From NCBI GenBank assembly GCA_004431415.1, contig QPMI01000046.1:1-64000 (forward strand): a stretch of 64,000 nt of DNA. Reading direction: 5' to 3'. The stretch is from Cyanophora paradoxa CCMP329 (Eukaryota > Plantae > Glaucophyta). The notes beneath the pieces were generated by a model. That model was not told the DNA's origin. It was given only the letters and a program-made list of their open reading frames with translations, and made no database searches. How positions within the stretch are numbered: position 1 is the first letter of the stretch; each line of letters begins with the position of its first letter. The translations under genes and the position numbers were made by a program. Positions 35,753 to 47,624 of the stretch are shown here, piece by piece.

Positions 35753-38596
35753 CTAGGCGTTTCGCGGGCGCTTAGACGGGCCCGTCGACTGCGGGCGCCC
35801 GGCATGGGGTGGGCCCGTCTGCGCCCCGCCCCGGTTCGCCCCACCGCCGCCCAGACTGGCGCCGCGCCCCGCTCCCCGGCCGGCTCCGCGGCCCAGCCCG
35901 CGGCTCGTCCCGCGGCTCGCGCCGCGCCCCCTGGCGGCCGCCTCCATGTAGGTGTTGGGCCGAGCGCCGGAGCCTCCCCCATCGCGGCGAGAACCTCCTG
36001 AGAGGTCGCCGCCGCCTCGGCCGCCTGCTCCCGCTGCGCCTCCGCTCGGCGCTGCCTCTCCTCCAGGCGCTGCTTGGTGGCGCCGGACTGGGCCTGCCGG
36101 CGCTGCTCTTCGCGCTGGCGGCGGTCGGCTTCGCGGGCATCCGCGATGGCCTTGCGGCGTTCGTCGTGGCGGGGCTTGCACTTGCGGTCGCCGTCCCGCT
36201 CCGGCGGCGAATGGGACACGTCATCCAGCGCCCGCCCTTCCTTGAGAAGGCCAGCGAGCGTGTCCAGGGCCTCCGGGGCCGCGCAGTCAGGGCACATGTA
36301 GCGCTGCAGACCCTTAGGCGCGCCAGGGAGGGCGGGGCCGGGCGGGCGAGGGGAACCTCGAAGGGGACGACTATATAGCGACCCGCGAACTTGCGGCCGT
36401 GGCGGGCGGGGTACGCCTCGCTGGGCGGGATGTCGTCCTCGTCGTCGTGCATCGGGTCCGCCGCCGGGCCGAGATAGATCTGCTTGGTTGCGGCAAGCGC
36501 GTCGGCCGTCCGGAAGACGAGGTGGACAAACGGCACGCGGCTGAAGGCCGTCCAGGCGAGCAGGGGGTCGGGGTCGAAGGCGGAGTGGGACTCCTGCCAG
36601 CGCTGCACGTCCGCGGTCCCGACTGTGCGGCCTGCCCCGGTCTCGGGGATCGCCTTGCTGTACCAGACCACACGGTCCACTTCGAGCGAGGCCAGGAGCT
36701 TGGCAAGTCCGCTGATCTTGGCTTCGGGCGGCACCCCGCTAGCGTCAGCGCGTTCGCTGGCGTCATCTCCGGGGGAGATCGCGGCCCGGTCGGATGCGGA
36801 CAAGGGTCCGCAGCTTTACCCAAGAGTGGAGGCGCGGGAGGGCCGCAATGAGCTTGGGGGCCGGCGGGACTGTGAACACGGCCTGCCGGGCTCGTGAAGT
36901 GGGGCGCGGGAGGGGCCCAGCGCGCTAGCCGCGGCAGGCAACTGCGTACACGTTTGGCGTTGTTATCCGCGATGCGTTGTTTCTTCTGCACGTAGTCGAT
37001 CTTGAGGTCTCCGAGCAGCGTTGGGTGTTCGTCGTAGACTTCCGCGGCGCTGTCTCCCAGGATCTGGCGCGGCGGGGCGAGGATCAGCCGTCCGCCGACG
37101 CGATGGCAGGCGAGGCTCGCCTCTTTCATGAGCTCTTCGAGCCCGTCTATGATTTCGTTCGTGCGCGCGTCTAGGGGTATGTCAAGGGCCTGGAAGGTTC
37201 GGTTTTTGACGTCTTCGTCGTCCATACGCTCTTCTTTGTAGAAAGGCCGACGAGCGAGGTATGTCTCCGTGGCCGCGTCCAAGAGAAACTGGCGGGGCGA
37301 ATCAGCGGCCGTCCCGGGTGGCGCGCAGCCCAGGCGCACGCATGGGAGCTTGGCACTGCAGAACGCCCGCTGAGCCTCGCGCGACGTGAAGCCGACGCGG
37401 AGCATGAGCCGTTCGCCGGTGCGGCCGATCGAGCGGTAGTCAGCGGGCGCCTCTCGCAGCAGGGCGAGGTCTCCGAGCGCGGCATTGAGAAGCTTTTCAG
37501 CTTCCGCCCGACCTTCCGGCGAGTTGGCGTCCACCGGGGAATCGGCGATCTGAAGTAGCTGTTCCGCATCGATTTCGGCGCGGAACTGGAGGCGCCGGGC
37601 GGCACCGAGCTCCTCATCTGTCAGATCGTTTTCGGCGGCGAGGGCGGCGGCTTCGAGGGCGCGGCGGCGTTCCTCGGCGGCCGGGTCCGCGTTCTGATTG
37701 AGCTGTTGCTGCTGCTGCTGCTGCTGCTGCAGCTGCTGCTGCAGCTGCTGCTGCTGCTGTTGTTGCGCGTGCTGCTGGTTGCGGGCCGCCGCCTCAGCGA
37801 GCCGGGCGTTTTCATATTCTTCATGCCGCCGGATGGTGCCTTCCGCGTGGAAGATCCAGTTCGCTACGATTGAGCGCAGGGCGTTCTCCGGCGAATCCCA
37901 GTACGGGTCATCGAGCGGGATCGGCTTTAGCGCTCCTGCCGGCAGTTGCTGGCAGTACTGCGGGCGCCCGTGTGAGTCGCGAACTCGGTCAGGTTGCGTG
38001 CCGCAGGATTGAGAGGCAGTCACCAGACGGGAGGTGCATAGGGCCGAGTGAATCTGGTCCAGGTCCGCCGGCGAGCCGTCTGGAGTGGGGAACTTCGACC
38101 GGATTTCGGCGAGGAGGTTCTGGACGATCTTCGGGGCCGAGGCGAGGTTCAGGTTCTGGAGGGACTCGGCCAGAGCCGGGGACTTCTGAGCCCGGCTAGG
38201 GGCGCCATCCGCGTCTTCGGTATGCCGGCGCGGGTCTTTGGCCTTCTCTGACTTCTGCGGACCGGGAGGCGTGTCAGACTTTGGCGGGCGTGCTGCCTCG
38301 GCGCGCGTTCTGGAGGTGTGCACGGCGGCCGACCCAGCTTTCGCGGCTTGCCGCGACTCTATGGAAGCTGTGGGTCTAGTATTTTCGGGGGGCGTCAAGT
38401 CGGGGGGAGGCGAACGCGGGGAGCCGGTCTTGGGGCCGGTTGAGGTCATGCGGGGGAAAGATTTCACGATCGAGAGGGCGGTCCAGGGAGTGCGGGACGC
38501 GAGGCCCACGCGGTAACTGCTTGCAGTTACATCACCCAGGGACTCCCGGGTGGCGCAGGTACTGGGGCTGGGCGGTTTGGAGAGAGTGGTCGGCAT
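35753..38596 (-). CDS. LINE ORF1: polyQ, RRM-like segments, CxxC..H..C knuckle, coiled coil; predicted introns 36883-36949 and 36304-36356
   Basis: 741-aa ORF continues in other frames; RTFQALDIP and LTLAGVPP...PFVHLVF are RRM-like; MCPDC...H...C followed by a charged helix. Confidence 0.7.
37702..37778 (-). repeat. CAG microsatellite (polyglutamine) in ORF1
   Basis: (ctg)n on +, encoding QQHAQQQQQQQLQQQLQQQQQQQQQL. Confidence 0.9.
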
Positions 38597-39491
38597 ACCT
38601 TGGTAGACATCGCTACGGACGCTACCCTGGCTGTTTCGACCTCTACTCTCTCACTTACTGGCGTGCGCGCAGCGCTACGCTGCGGGTGAGGCGGGTTGGC
38701 AGGCGCCTTCCTGTTTTTTTCCTACGGGGGGTATCCTCCGCGGCGCGCTGGCAGCGCACGGCCCCCTCCGGTGTGCCCCCCAACCGCGACGCGGTCGAGT
38801 GACCCAAGTGCGAGCCGCTAGCTCCACCCAGGCGAGCACCCCTTAGGCTCTCGCAGTGGTGAAGTACAGGTAATCGGATCGGCGGGGATTCAACCGTGCC
38901 GACGAGGATAGAGCCGGCTCCAGGACCGGGTACCGCTCACAAGGATGCATTCCGGTTTTGCCGCACGCGGCGCCGGGCACCCCTGCCCGACCCCGTGACT
39001 TCGTTTGATGCCAAGGGAGAAGAGCCAGCGTCAGGCGTCCCCGACGTGGATTCTCATGCATGAGAGTCGTTAAGCTCTCGTCGTCGCGCACGGACCTTGA
39101 GCCGGCCGACCGCCCATTCACTGGGACTTCGATTCAGGATAGGGCCCAGGGGTCGTCTAGCCCCGTCGCGCCGTTCTCGTCAGGAACGCGCCGCCTGGTC
39201 GCTCAATAGCGCACTCAGGTCTTATCCAACGCTTCGATTGAGCGGGGCACGTAGGCCCGTCGCGCCGCTTGACGTTTCACAGTCAAAGCGCGCCGCCCGG
39301 CCGCCTGGGGCGTTCTACCAGGACTTTCTTGCATCCGGGACGGGGCCCTTTCTCAGAGCGTCCGTCGCGAGGGCACTGCCTCTCGCATCATATTCCGGTG
39401 GCGGGGGTACGGGGTCCCCGCGGCTAGGGTGGCTCGCCATGGCCAACCCCGCCGGGCCTCAGCGCACTGCGCCGGGCCCTCGAGCCTTTGT

Positions 39492-42400
39492 TTAGGCTGC
39501 TCCCGCCGGCGCGGGGCCAGCGGTTGCCGGTCCGGCGGCGCCCTGAGGCGGAGCTGCGGCACCTGCCACTCGCGGCCTCCCGCGGGCCGGGCGTGCAGGG
39601 CGCTCAGTGTCGCGGACACGGAACGGGATCATGCAGTCGATGTGCACGATCGTTTCACGCGTGTCCCGGCTCTTGTGCCGGTTCGGGGCGGCGGCGCCGT
39701 AGGGCCGTGCGAGGCCGCGAACGACGTACGTGTAGCCGCCGGGGTGCACATCGAGCACCGTGAACGGGCCGACCCAGGAGTTGTACAACCCCTTATCGCG
39801 GTCGCCCAGCCAGCACAGGACCTTGTCGCCGACTTCGAAGCGGCGGCGGTCGGGCAAGTCGCCAGTCCGGTAGATCAGGCGCTGCCGATACACGCGACGG
39901 TGCTCGCGGAGAGCTGCCTCGCGGTGCTTGGCCGCGCGGACGACGGCAAGCAGGTACTCCGGGTAGCTCATTGTTTCCAAGAGCTCAACGCCGAAGCGCA
40001 CGTCGGCGGGCAACGTCAGCTCGTGCCCCAGGTGCAGCACCGCGGGCGAGAAGCCAGTGGCGGCGTGCACGGTCGTGCGGAGAGCCAGCTGCACCTCGTG
40101 CACGTGCTGGTCCCACTCGTGCAGCGGCTCGCGGTTGGCGCGGCACGCAGCGTGCAGCAGCGTCTTGATGACACCGCCCAGCCGCTCGACCAGGCCGTTC
40201 GTGGCGTGGTGGTACGCAGCGGCGTAAATGAAGCGCGTCCCGAGCGAGCGGAAGAACTCATTGAAGAGCCCTCCCTTCAGGTTCGACCCGTTGTCGACGA
40301 GCAGTCGCAGGGGCACGCCTTCATCCGAGACGAACTTGCGGGCGGTTCCCAGCAAGGTCAGTCCCTCAAGGTCCGCGATCGGGTACTCGTGGTGCCATTT
40401 GCTCCAGGCATTCACGTACACGATCATGTAGCGCAGACCGCGCGGAGTCGGGTCTAGGTGGAAGATGTCCACCTGCCACAGGTCGTTTCGGCCCTCAGGC
40501 TCGATGACCGCGATCGCCGTTCGCCGCGGCTTCACCGCTTTCGCGAACTGGCAGCAAGCGCAGCTGCGCACGTAGCGCGTCACTGCAGCTAGCATTCCTG
40601 GCCACCAGAACCGGAACGCGATCCGGCGGGCGACGATCTGGGCGCCTCGGTGGCCCCAACCGTCATGGTACGCGTACATGACGCGGTCCTGCCAAGTCTC
40701 GGGCAATACAGGCACGTAACGCGCGCCCGGCAGGACCGGCCGGCGGACGAGCACGCCGTCCGTGTCGATGTCGAATTTCTCGGCAAATTCGGCAAACGAC
40801 GCCTGTGCCTTGAGGCAGGCATAGCAGTCGCCAGACAGGCAAGACGCGCGCGAGCACCGCGCGTAATTCGTCTTGTTCTCCAAGTAGGCGAACAGCCGCT
40901 GCCCAAGCGGATCGTCCCGCTGCGCGGCGAGCAGCCGCACGCGTCGAGCGGGGAACATGTACTTGAGGGACTCCGGGACGGGCCCGTCAAGCTTCGGGGC
41001 GTAGACGCAGTCCCACGCGTCCAGCACGCGCTCGAGAACGCGGGGCTTGCGCCGATCACTCACTTCGCCGAGCTCGGGCCCTGGCGCGATCGCGCTGGAG
41101 GAGAACATCTCCATTTCAGGCGCCGGCTCGGCGTCGGCAGCCGCGGGGCCGCCGCTCTGCTGATCGGAGGAGGGCGCCCCTGAGGCCGCCGCTCCGCTTG
41201 ACCCGGCCGTAGCCGCAGCCGTGCTCGAGGAGCTGGCGCCGGAAGGCGCCCTGACAGCCCCCGCACCGCCCTCAGGACCCTCGTCGGGATCGTCCTGATA
41301 GGGTAGATCGGCGGGCCGCAGCGCCAGTGGCGCGGGTTTCCCGGCCGGCGCGGGGTCTTGCCCGGCCGCGGCTCAGGCTGGGGCTGCTGGTCGCGCGGCA
41401 GCGGGGGCGTCTCCCCTTCGTACCGGCGCGGGCCGCTCAGGTAACGCGCCCGGACCAGCGGGAGGAGGTCCAGCGGGAACCCATCCTCGTCGAGTGAGGC
41501 GCGCGTCGTCGGCTCGGAGGGCATGACGGGCGGCGCCAGCTCAGGCTCAGGCTCGGGATCGAGCTCCATCGGCTCAGGGGCCGGAGGCGGACTGGGCGAC
41601 CGAGGCCGCGGGGGCAAGCCCTCACCGACAGCCAATTGGTGCCACTCGTCCACCTGAGCGCGCAGCTGCGCCCAGGTGACGGCCTGCTTCTGGCCGCGCC
41701 GCTGGGGCGGGCCGGCGTTCGGCAACTGAGGCGCAGCCGGCAGGGCCGCGCCGTCAGCGTGGGCCGGAGCCTGCTGCGGGTCTCCAGCGGGCCGGGAACG
41801 GGCGCGAGGCGGCGCCGACGCGGCGGCCTGCGCGGCACCGGGCGAGGCGGGCTTGCTCTCTTCGACGCGGATCGGCTCGTCGTCCGCGTCCTCACGGAGG
41901 GCCTCAGGCGGCGCGCGCGCGATGCGGCGCCGGGGTCCCTCAGCAGGCTGCACGTCGGCGCGAGAGGCCGGGGCGCCCTCGAACGCAAGCTGCCGCGCGA
42001 GGCGGGCCATGCGTCGCGACACTACAGCCTCTACGGGGGCTGGCTCGGGCTCCGGGGCAGAGCTGCTTGAGCTCGCTTCGGCGGGAGGGGCTGGCGCCTC
42101 AGCGCTGGCCGCCTCGCCACTTCCCTCGACGGCTACCGCGTACAGGGGCAGCGGCTCGTCGAGATCGCCGGGCTGGGGCACGCCAAACCCGCGAGCGCCG
42201 GGCAGCGCGTCGGGCGCGTCAGAGCTGCCGTCGGCACCGCCGGGCGCGAGGACAGGATGCTCGCCGGGCAGGCGCGAGCAGGCGTCGGGGCCGCCGTTGT
42301 TGCGCCCAGCGCGGTATTCTACGACGAAGTCGTAGGACTGCAGGAGCAGGGCCCAGCGGCCTAGCCTCCCCGTAGTCTCGTCGCGCGTGCGCAGCCATTG

Positions 42401-43725
42401 GAGCGCATGGTGGTCAGTGCGCACAGTGAACTGGGGCCCGCCTAGAAGGAAGTGCCGCCAGTATTTGATTGCCCAGACTACCGCCAAGCACTCGAGCTCA
42501 GTGGCGGAGTAGTTGCGCTCGGCAGGGGCCAGAGTGCGGCTAATGAAGCCGATCGGCCGCTCCACCGGCGGCGTCGATCCGTCGAGCTGCGACAGGATCG
42601 CGCCAATCGCGTAAGTCGACGCGTCAGTCGACAGGATGAAGGGGCGCTCGAAGTCCGGGTACTTCAACACCAGATTCAAGAGCAACGCAGCCTTCAGTTT
42701 CTCGAAAGAGGCCTGCTGGGCCTCACCCCAGTTCCACTCGGCGTCGCGTAGCAGCAAGCGCTGCATCGGCTGCACGATCCGTGCAAAGCCTTCCACGAAG
42801 CGCCGGTAGTAGCCAGCCAAGCCCAGGAAAGACCGCAGCCGGTCTGCGTCCGTGGGCGCCGGGTAGTCGCGGATCACGGCGAGCTTTGCCGGATCCTGGC
42901 GGATCCCCTCTGCAGAGACGAGGTGCCCCAGCAGATTGATCTCGGATACGCCGAAGCGACACTTCGACGGCTTCAGCCGCAGGTTGGCGGGCACAATTGC
43001 CTTGAACAGCGCCTCGAGATCAAGCAGGTGCTGATCGATCGAGGGCGAGAACACCGTGATATCGTCGATATACGCGGTGACACAGGTGGTGAGGAGGGGC
43101 CCGAGGATTGCGGTGACAGCGCGGGAGAACGCCGCTGGCCCGTTGGTTACACCGAACGGGGTCACGCGCCACTCGTACTGGCCCCAGGGCACGACGAAGG
43201 CAGTGAAGCGCCGCGACGCGGGGTCGAGCGGCAGCTGCCAGAAGCCGCACACTGCGTCTCCTACCGAGAAGACGATGGCGCCACGCAGGCGTCGAGCTGA
43301 TCGTCGATCCGCGGCAGCGGGAAGACGTCACGCTCGGTAATGGCGTTCAGGCGTCGGTAATCGACACACATACGCCACGTCCCATCTTTCTTCGGGGCCA
43401 ACACTAGTGGCGACCCGTACGCAGCCTCAGAGGGCTGGATCAGGCCCAGCTCTAGCAGGCGGGCAATCTCGGCTCGCGCGAACTGCTCAGCGTGCGGGCT
43501 CACGCGCCGCGGCGGCGTGTACACGGGCAGGTGCGAGTTGAGCCGGATCACGTGCTGGTAGTGCATGAGGTCTTGTGTACCCCCTACAGCCGTGACGCTT
43601 TCAGCGAAGGCGCCCTTGTAGCGCTTCAGCAGAGCCTCGAGGCGGGCCTTCTGCGGGCCGTCGAAGCCGGGGTGCGAACCGACCTCAGGGATCTTTCCCC
43701 GGATCCGCGCCACGTTGCCGGCCAG
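39492..43725 (-). CDS. pol: Pol of G2: RT, RNase H, long tether, integrase with GPF motif
   Basis: APKKDGTWRMCVDYRRLN, AYIDD, STDAS, TDHHAL, HDGWGH...CACC, WQVDI/LVDNG/TNGLVER, SWVGPF; clearly homologous to G1 pol. Confidence 0.95.
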
Positions 43726-43739
43726 CAAATTTGTATGAG

Positions 43740-44260
43740 ACAGGGTCGCAGTGTGCCACGATGTGGGATTTAAAAGTATTTGATGCGTTAGTTGAAAGAT
43801 TATCAAAATAAACAATTTAGACAGAGCCTTATTACTGCGAATTACATTCAAATGATTCATAGATAATTATTAACCACCTCCAAGTTGGCAAAAAGCGCCG
43901 AAAGTCGTTTTCATTCAGCTGAGACGACCAATGCGCCCCTCGGGGCCTGTACTCGGTACAATTGCGGCCGATTGGGCCCCGCATCGATATCTGTACCCTT
44001 GCGGCACAATTCTGTACCCTCTCACTTGAGTGTGTACCCTTACCTAGTGGACCCCCTGTTTCTCCTCCCCCCTCCCCCGTAACCGCATGCGGTTGCGGGC
44101 GCCGGCCCCCGTTTAAAAACAAAGAGCTGCCACCCTCACGCCTTGAAGCCCCAAGACCCAAGGCCACTCCTGCTCCGCAGGGACTCGCTTGTTAATGCGC
44201 CCCCGAATTAATGCGTTTTGCCAGCTAGCGAAAAACGCATTAATTTGGGGGCGCATTACT
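43740..44260. mobile_element. Probable right arm of the TIR element starting at 14820, ending in a 66-bp hairpin
   Basis: taatgcgcccccgaattaatgcgtttt...aaaacgcattaatttgggggcgcatta (44193-44258); tgtaccct x3; ~110-bp repeat shared with 15642-15749. Confidence 0.45.
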
Positions 44261-44448
44261 AAAGTGCGCGCATTACTTAACTTAGTAAGTGTTTTACGGT
44301 AGTAGTAGTCTAGTACTAGTACTACTAGACTGTACTAACTACTAGTAGCTATAGTAACTGTAGACTGTAGTACTACGGTAGAGTCACTGAGTCAGTAGTA
44401 GTACTGTAGTACTACGGAGTCTACGGTAGTGCCACGGTGACTCACTGA

Positions 44449-44785
44449 GGCCGAAAACCGGATACCGGCCGATTCGGTGCTTATCCAAGTCTCTTTCCGA
44501 ACTCGGGACTTGAGTGTTCGGGTCTTTGCCGGGTCCTAGCATGGAATGTGGAGACTTGGAATCGAGCTCGATTCCACGAACAGTCACCAAGGCGATGAGC
44601 TCAAAATTTTGACGCGGTTACTATGGCAAGTTGGCAACCGCGTCAGGAGCCCAACGACCGAAGCGACCAAGTGCCAAAAAAATGATGTCATGGGCCCATG
44701 GCCCCTTCGGTCGTTAAAAAGTACCAGCTCTTTTGCATTGAGGGACTTGAGAAAGTACCGTCTCTAGCGTATCCGGTTTTCGGCC
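44449..44785. mobile_element. PIF/Harbinger (Tourist-like) MITE, 337 bp
   Basis: Perfect 17-bp TIR GGCCGAAAACCGGATAC; 3-bp TSD TGA on both sides. Confidence 0.8.
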
Positions 44786-47624
44786 TGAGTCAGTAGTAGA
44801 GTCAGTACACACTGCTACACATGTACAGTCGCGAGTGACGGTTTTGTCGTCCGACGGTCGACTCGAGCTCGCCGAGTCGACACTGCCAGGCTACCCGTGA
44901 CCGGTAGCGCTGACTCGACAGTGACGACGTCGACGTCGACGACGTCGACTCGTCGACGTCGACTTTTTCTTCCTAGGCGCCAACTCGTAGCGCACCGTGC
45001 TGCGCGCGAGCCTCGGCCCTCGGATCGGACCGGAGTCGCGAGACTCGCGAGTCGCGAGTCGCGACTCGCCGCCGCGGCGCCGGCCGCGGCGCGAGTCGCG
45101 AGTCGAGTGATCACTGATCATGAGTCATGAGTCATGAGTCACTCATCAGTGACTCGAGTCTCAGACTCTCAGAGCCTTCTCATTGCTCGGCGATCGCTTT
45201 GTGTTCGGCGCCATACCCAGCGGATCCGATCTCTAACAAAGAGCTGCTGGGCCGGCGATCGCTTCTGTGTTCTCAGTTCTAACGGTCGCCGCGGGCTTGA
45301 CGTCCACAGCCTTCTCATTGGCCAAGCGATCGCTGATCACGGATGAATGGGCGAAAGCCAGTATCCAGGCAGTGCTTCCACCCCCCGTGCCTGGTGCTTG
45401 CCTGGGCGGCGCGATCGAGCACGTTCTTCCCACGTGAAACGTGGTGAAAGTGTGTTAAATGCTTTGTGAAATCGCTGTATCTTCTTCGAAGCCGGGGCGC
45501 GGACGATGTTGGGAGAACTCGTGACTGTTGCTGACTCGGGGAGAACTCGAGCTGGGGTAGAGTAAACGAAAGCGTTCCTGTACCCGTTCTGAGAGCGAGA
45601 CGCAGCTCCCGCAGCTCCTGCGCGCTAAATAGAGCATTGGAGGCGCATTTTGATAGACCGCAGCCATGTTTAATCAAGTTCCCGACCCGTTTCGGCCGCC
45701 AGAAGAGCAGCAAGCACCGTTCCTGTCGTTCGAGCTTCCAGGCTTGCCTTGGTCGGCCATTTCGCTTCTGACCTGCGTACTGCGTCTTACTTGTGGCAGG
45801 CGACCGCTTCGCCTGCGCCAGAAGCTCCGCCGCCTTGGCTGCTACACCCGACTACAGCCACGGCCTCCTCCTCGACCATAGCATCACACTCGTGTTCTTC
45901 ATCATCGTCATCGTCGAGTTCCGCTTTCGCCAGCTCTATAAGCGCGTCCAGCCCGGCGTTAAGCAGGGCGTCCGCCATCGCCGTCACAAAGAGATCTGGT
46001 ATCCTCGGTCTTTGATGTCGTTCTTCGCGCCCTCACTTACCTCTCCGTACGGCTTCAGAGCTTTCGAGACCACGACGGCTTCGCTGGCGGTGGGCCGCCG
46101 CGTGTGTGCGGCGCGCGCTGTTCGGGAGGCTTCGCTGGACGCGGGACGCCCTCGTTTCGCCTACACACACCTCCGTTATGTCAGACTACAACGGCGCGGG
46201 TCGCGTCGCATCCCTTCCGGTCCGCTCTCACGCAGCCAACCGCCGCGCATTCTTTCCTTCACGGCCAGCTCATCTGCCGTCAGGCTTTCACGGCGGCTAG
46301 CTTTACATCATCGTCTCTTGCGCGCATCTGAAGTGTCTGCGGTGCGCGGGCTGCGCTGGTGCCCGACACTGTCCGCGCGCACGCCGTGCTCAGCCCCGCG
46401 GCGCCACGCCCGCCCCGCAGGCGTCTTCGCCGCGCCCGTGCACGCGAGGAGTACACATCGCTTGCTTCATCGGCTCACCCGCGGCGCCGGCGGCGCGCTA
46501 GCTACACGCTTTCGCTTGTCCGAGGTACTCATCTTCGAATTCTGCAGCCGTCGCCCCATCCTCGGCAGCTGTAAGGCGGCACGCAGGGACTCGAGCTCTC
46601 AACTATGGCGTCGCCCGGCGGGCCCAGCGCAAGCAGCTCTGAGCCAGTAGGTCCGTCCCGGAACCGCCCTCGGACCTGCCTGGGCGCGCTTTCTTCCGAT
46701 CCTTCTAAAAACCGTGATTTCGGGGCGACGTTTGGCACTATGTTCACTATGCCCGCCGGCCATGGGCTCGGATCGGGCCGGGGCCTTTTTCAAGCGATCG
46801 CCGGCGCCGCGTCCGTCGTCCGACGGTTCGCGCTAGCGATCGCCCCGGAGTACTCGGTACCAGGGCCTAGCGATCGCCGAAGCGATGAGAAGGCTCTCTG
46901 ACCGGCGATCGCTTGCGCAGGAGCTGCTTCAAGTTCGTCGCACCAGCCAACGCCAACGCCTGCAGTGCGTGCCCGCCTCCCGTAGCGCTGTGGGCATGCT
47001 CGCATAGAGATTCTCTATTCAATGCGATCGCTACATCTCTGCCCCGCGCATAGAGCCTTCTCATTGCTCGGCGATCGCTTTGTGTTCGGCGCCATACCCA
47101 GCGGATCCGATCTCTAACAAAGAGCTGCTGGGCCGGCGATCGCTTCTGTGTTCTCAGTTCTAACGGTCGCCGCGGGCTTGACGTCCACAGCCTTCTCATT
47201 GGCCAAGCGATCGCTGGTTTTCGGTGTCTTATGCCCGTCTCCGCAGCATGCTGACCCCGGAGAGAGGAGGCGGACCTCCCTACCCCCCGGAGTGCCCTCT
47301 TCGGGGGGAAGAGAGGACGTGGACCTCCTTCCCCTCTCCCAGCCCTCTTCGGAGGGCCCCGCCCCCGCCCTTCCGCCTCCCCCGGCCCCGCCCCTCCCCC
47401 CGGCCCCGCCCTCTCCCCAGCCCGCCTCTCCCCCCGGCCCCGCCCCTCCCCCGCCCCGCCCGGGCCCCGGCGTGCCCCTCCCCGCCCGCCCCGGCCCGGC
47501 CCGCCCCTCCCCTGGCCCGCCCCTCCCCCGGCCCTGCCCGGCCCGGGCCCGCCCTCCCCGAGCACACGAACCCCCGAGCACACGAAGCCTGGCCCGGGGC
47601 CTGAAGCCGGCGGGCCGGCCTCAG

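Larger units (their letters stand above)
27450..38790 (-). mobile_element. Non-LTR retrotransposon (L1 group, possibly Proto1-like) with RNase H; ends approximate
   Basis: ORF1 plus APE-RT-RH ORF2; candidate short (TAG)-type tail near 27450; no TSD found. Confidence 0.85.
26431..43725 (-). mobile_element. 3' half of gypsy G2 (RT-RH-INT, 3' UTR, PPT, LTR), 5'-truncated and interrupted by a LINE
   Basis: Pol on - at 39492-43725; PPT and LTR on - at 26431-26800; assignment of this pol to this LTR is inferred from orientation and position. Confidence 0.75.

Noticed and set aside
38600-39490. HDV-like ribozyme at the LINE 5' end; 12-bp inverted match 27309-27320/38818-38829
   Set aside because: The TCCTCG candidates lack P3/P1 pairing; a 12-bp match is plausible by chance and is not a TSD
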